Source: Gekko japonicus (taxonomy: Eukaryota). From it: a stretch of DNA of 64,000 nt. The DNA lies in assembly GCF_001447785.1 (NCBI RefSeq), contig NW_015174272.1, positions 2,075,071 to 2,139,070 of the forward strand, in the 5' to 3' direction. Every line of letters starts with the position of its first letter. Positions within the stretch are counted from its first letter, which is position 1. The notes under the pieces are model-generated. The model saw nothing but the letters and a program-made list of their open reading frames with translations. It did no database searches and had not been told where the DNA came from. The translations under genes were made by a program, and so were the position numbers. Shown one piece after another: positions 63,067-64,000 of the stretch.

Positions 63067-64000
63067 CCCTCCCCCCAAACTACAAACCTTTAAAATACTT
63101 CATTTTGTTTTTACAACCAAAAGAATAGTATATTTCCATCCCAAAAACATACAGTTCGACACCAATGTGAGCATCCTACAAGAATGTTTAAAAAAGGTCC
63201 ACCATCTTGCAAAATGGCAGCTACAGGAAAAATGGCTATCTCTACAACTATTATACAGCTATTATCAACCTCAACAACATATATTTTGACACTGGGCATC
63301 CTAGATGAATTTTAAATATCAAAATAACCATATCCACCATCTTGGAAAATGGTGGCTACAGGAAAAATGTCCCCAAATTGGGAAGTCTACCCAAGAAAAT
63401 TTTAAGGCAATAGTGCCCTGAAATACACACTAACAATAAAATTCTCTGTACATATTTTTTTTTTGGGGGGGTGTCTATTGTGAGCCCAGGTGTGTGACCA
63501 CTAAACTGAATGCAGCTCTCTAGCTGTGTGTGAGGAGCTTAATACTTCCTGGTTGTGCTGTGTACTTGAGTCTTCAAGAAACGGCAGCAAGCAAGCACCC
63601 AACATGGCCAGAATTCAGGAGGGGGCAGCCATGGTAGCCTCAGCAACAGGGCAGCTTTGGCCGTGTGTCCCAGGGAAGCTCAAAAGGTACGGAGGCAGTG
63701 AGCAAGCCTGGATGGGAGAACAGTGGCTCTCTGGGCCCAGGTGTTTTTAGGCAGGACATGGCTGTGGAGAGCAGGGAACAGACAAGAGGAGGTAGAACTT
63801 AACTAAAAGGCCAGGTGTGAAGGTAGGGCTATAAAAAGAAAAGAAAGGGAAATGGGAGGGGGCTGGCCGAAGGGAGAAGGCACGCGAGCAGAAAGGGAAG
63901 CCAAGCCGGCTAGGAGAAGGGAGAAGAAGCAACCAGTTGTCTCAGGGAGGTTCCTAGGCAAAGAGGCATGTTGCAGTCTTGTGGCTCCTCTCCTTGTAAG

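Overview
Vertebrate genomic DNA from a squamate reptile, most likely a gecko (Sauria SINE, Squam3-type SINE, 5S-derived SINE and BovB LINE content). It is not prokaryotic, so most entries in the ORF track are spurious or retroelement debris. Three spliced genes were reconstructed by hand. (1) RNF41/NRDP1 on the minus strand: first coding exon at 729-818, with non-coding 5' exons probably at ~9.7-10.0 kb and in the CpG island at ~26.1-26.4 kb. (2) A complete NABP2 (SSB1/SOSS-B1) on the plus strand: 6 coding exons from 34432 to 45226, 213 aa, head-to-head with RNF41. (3) CNPY2 on the plus strand: 4 coding exons from 52877 to 59073; the terminal HDEL exon was not found in the window. Introns are packed with CR1, L2, RTE, BovB and L1 LINE fragments, SINEs, hAT MITEs and Penelope-derived palindromes, one with a hammerhead ribozyme core. 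A decayed DIRS tyrosine-recombinase retrotransposon lies between NABP2 and a second CpG island. The most notable observation is that the non-coding exon in that island (49458-49889) resembles, from recollection, the mammalian PAN2 first exon, yet the next coding exons are CNPY2. This suggests a shared first exon or nested gene arrangement, or an assembly gap hiding PAN2. There are two N gaps (50305-50328 and 54228-54266).
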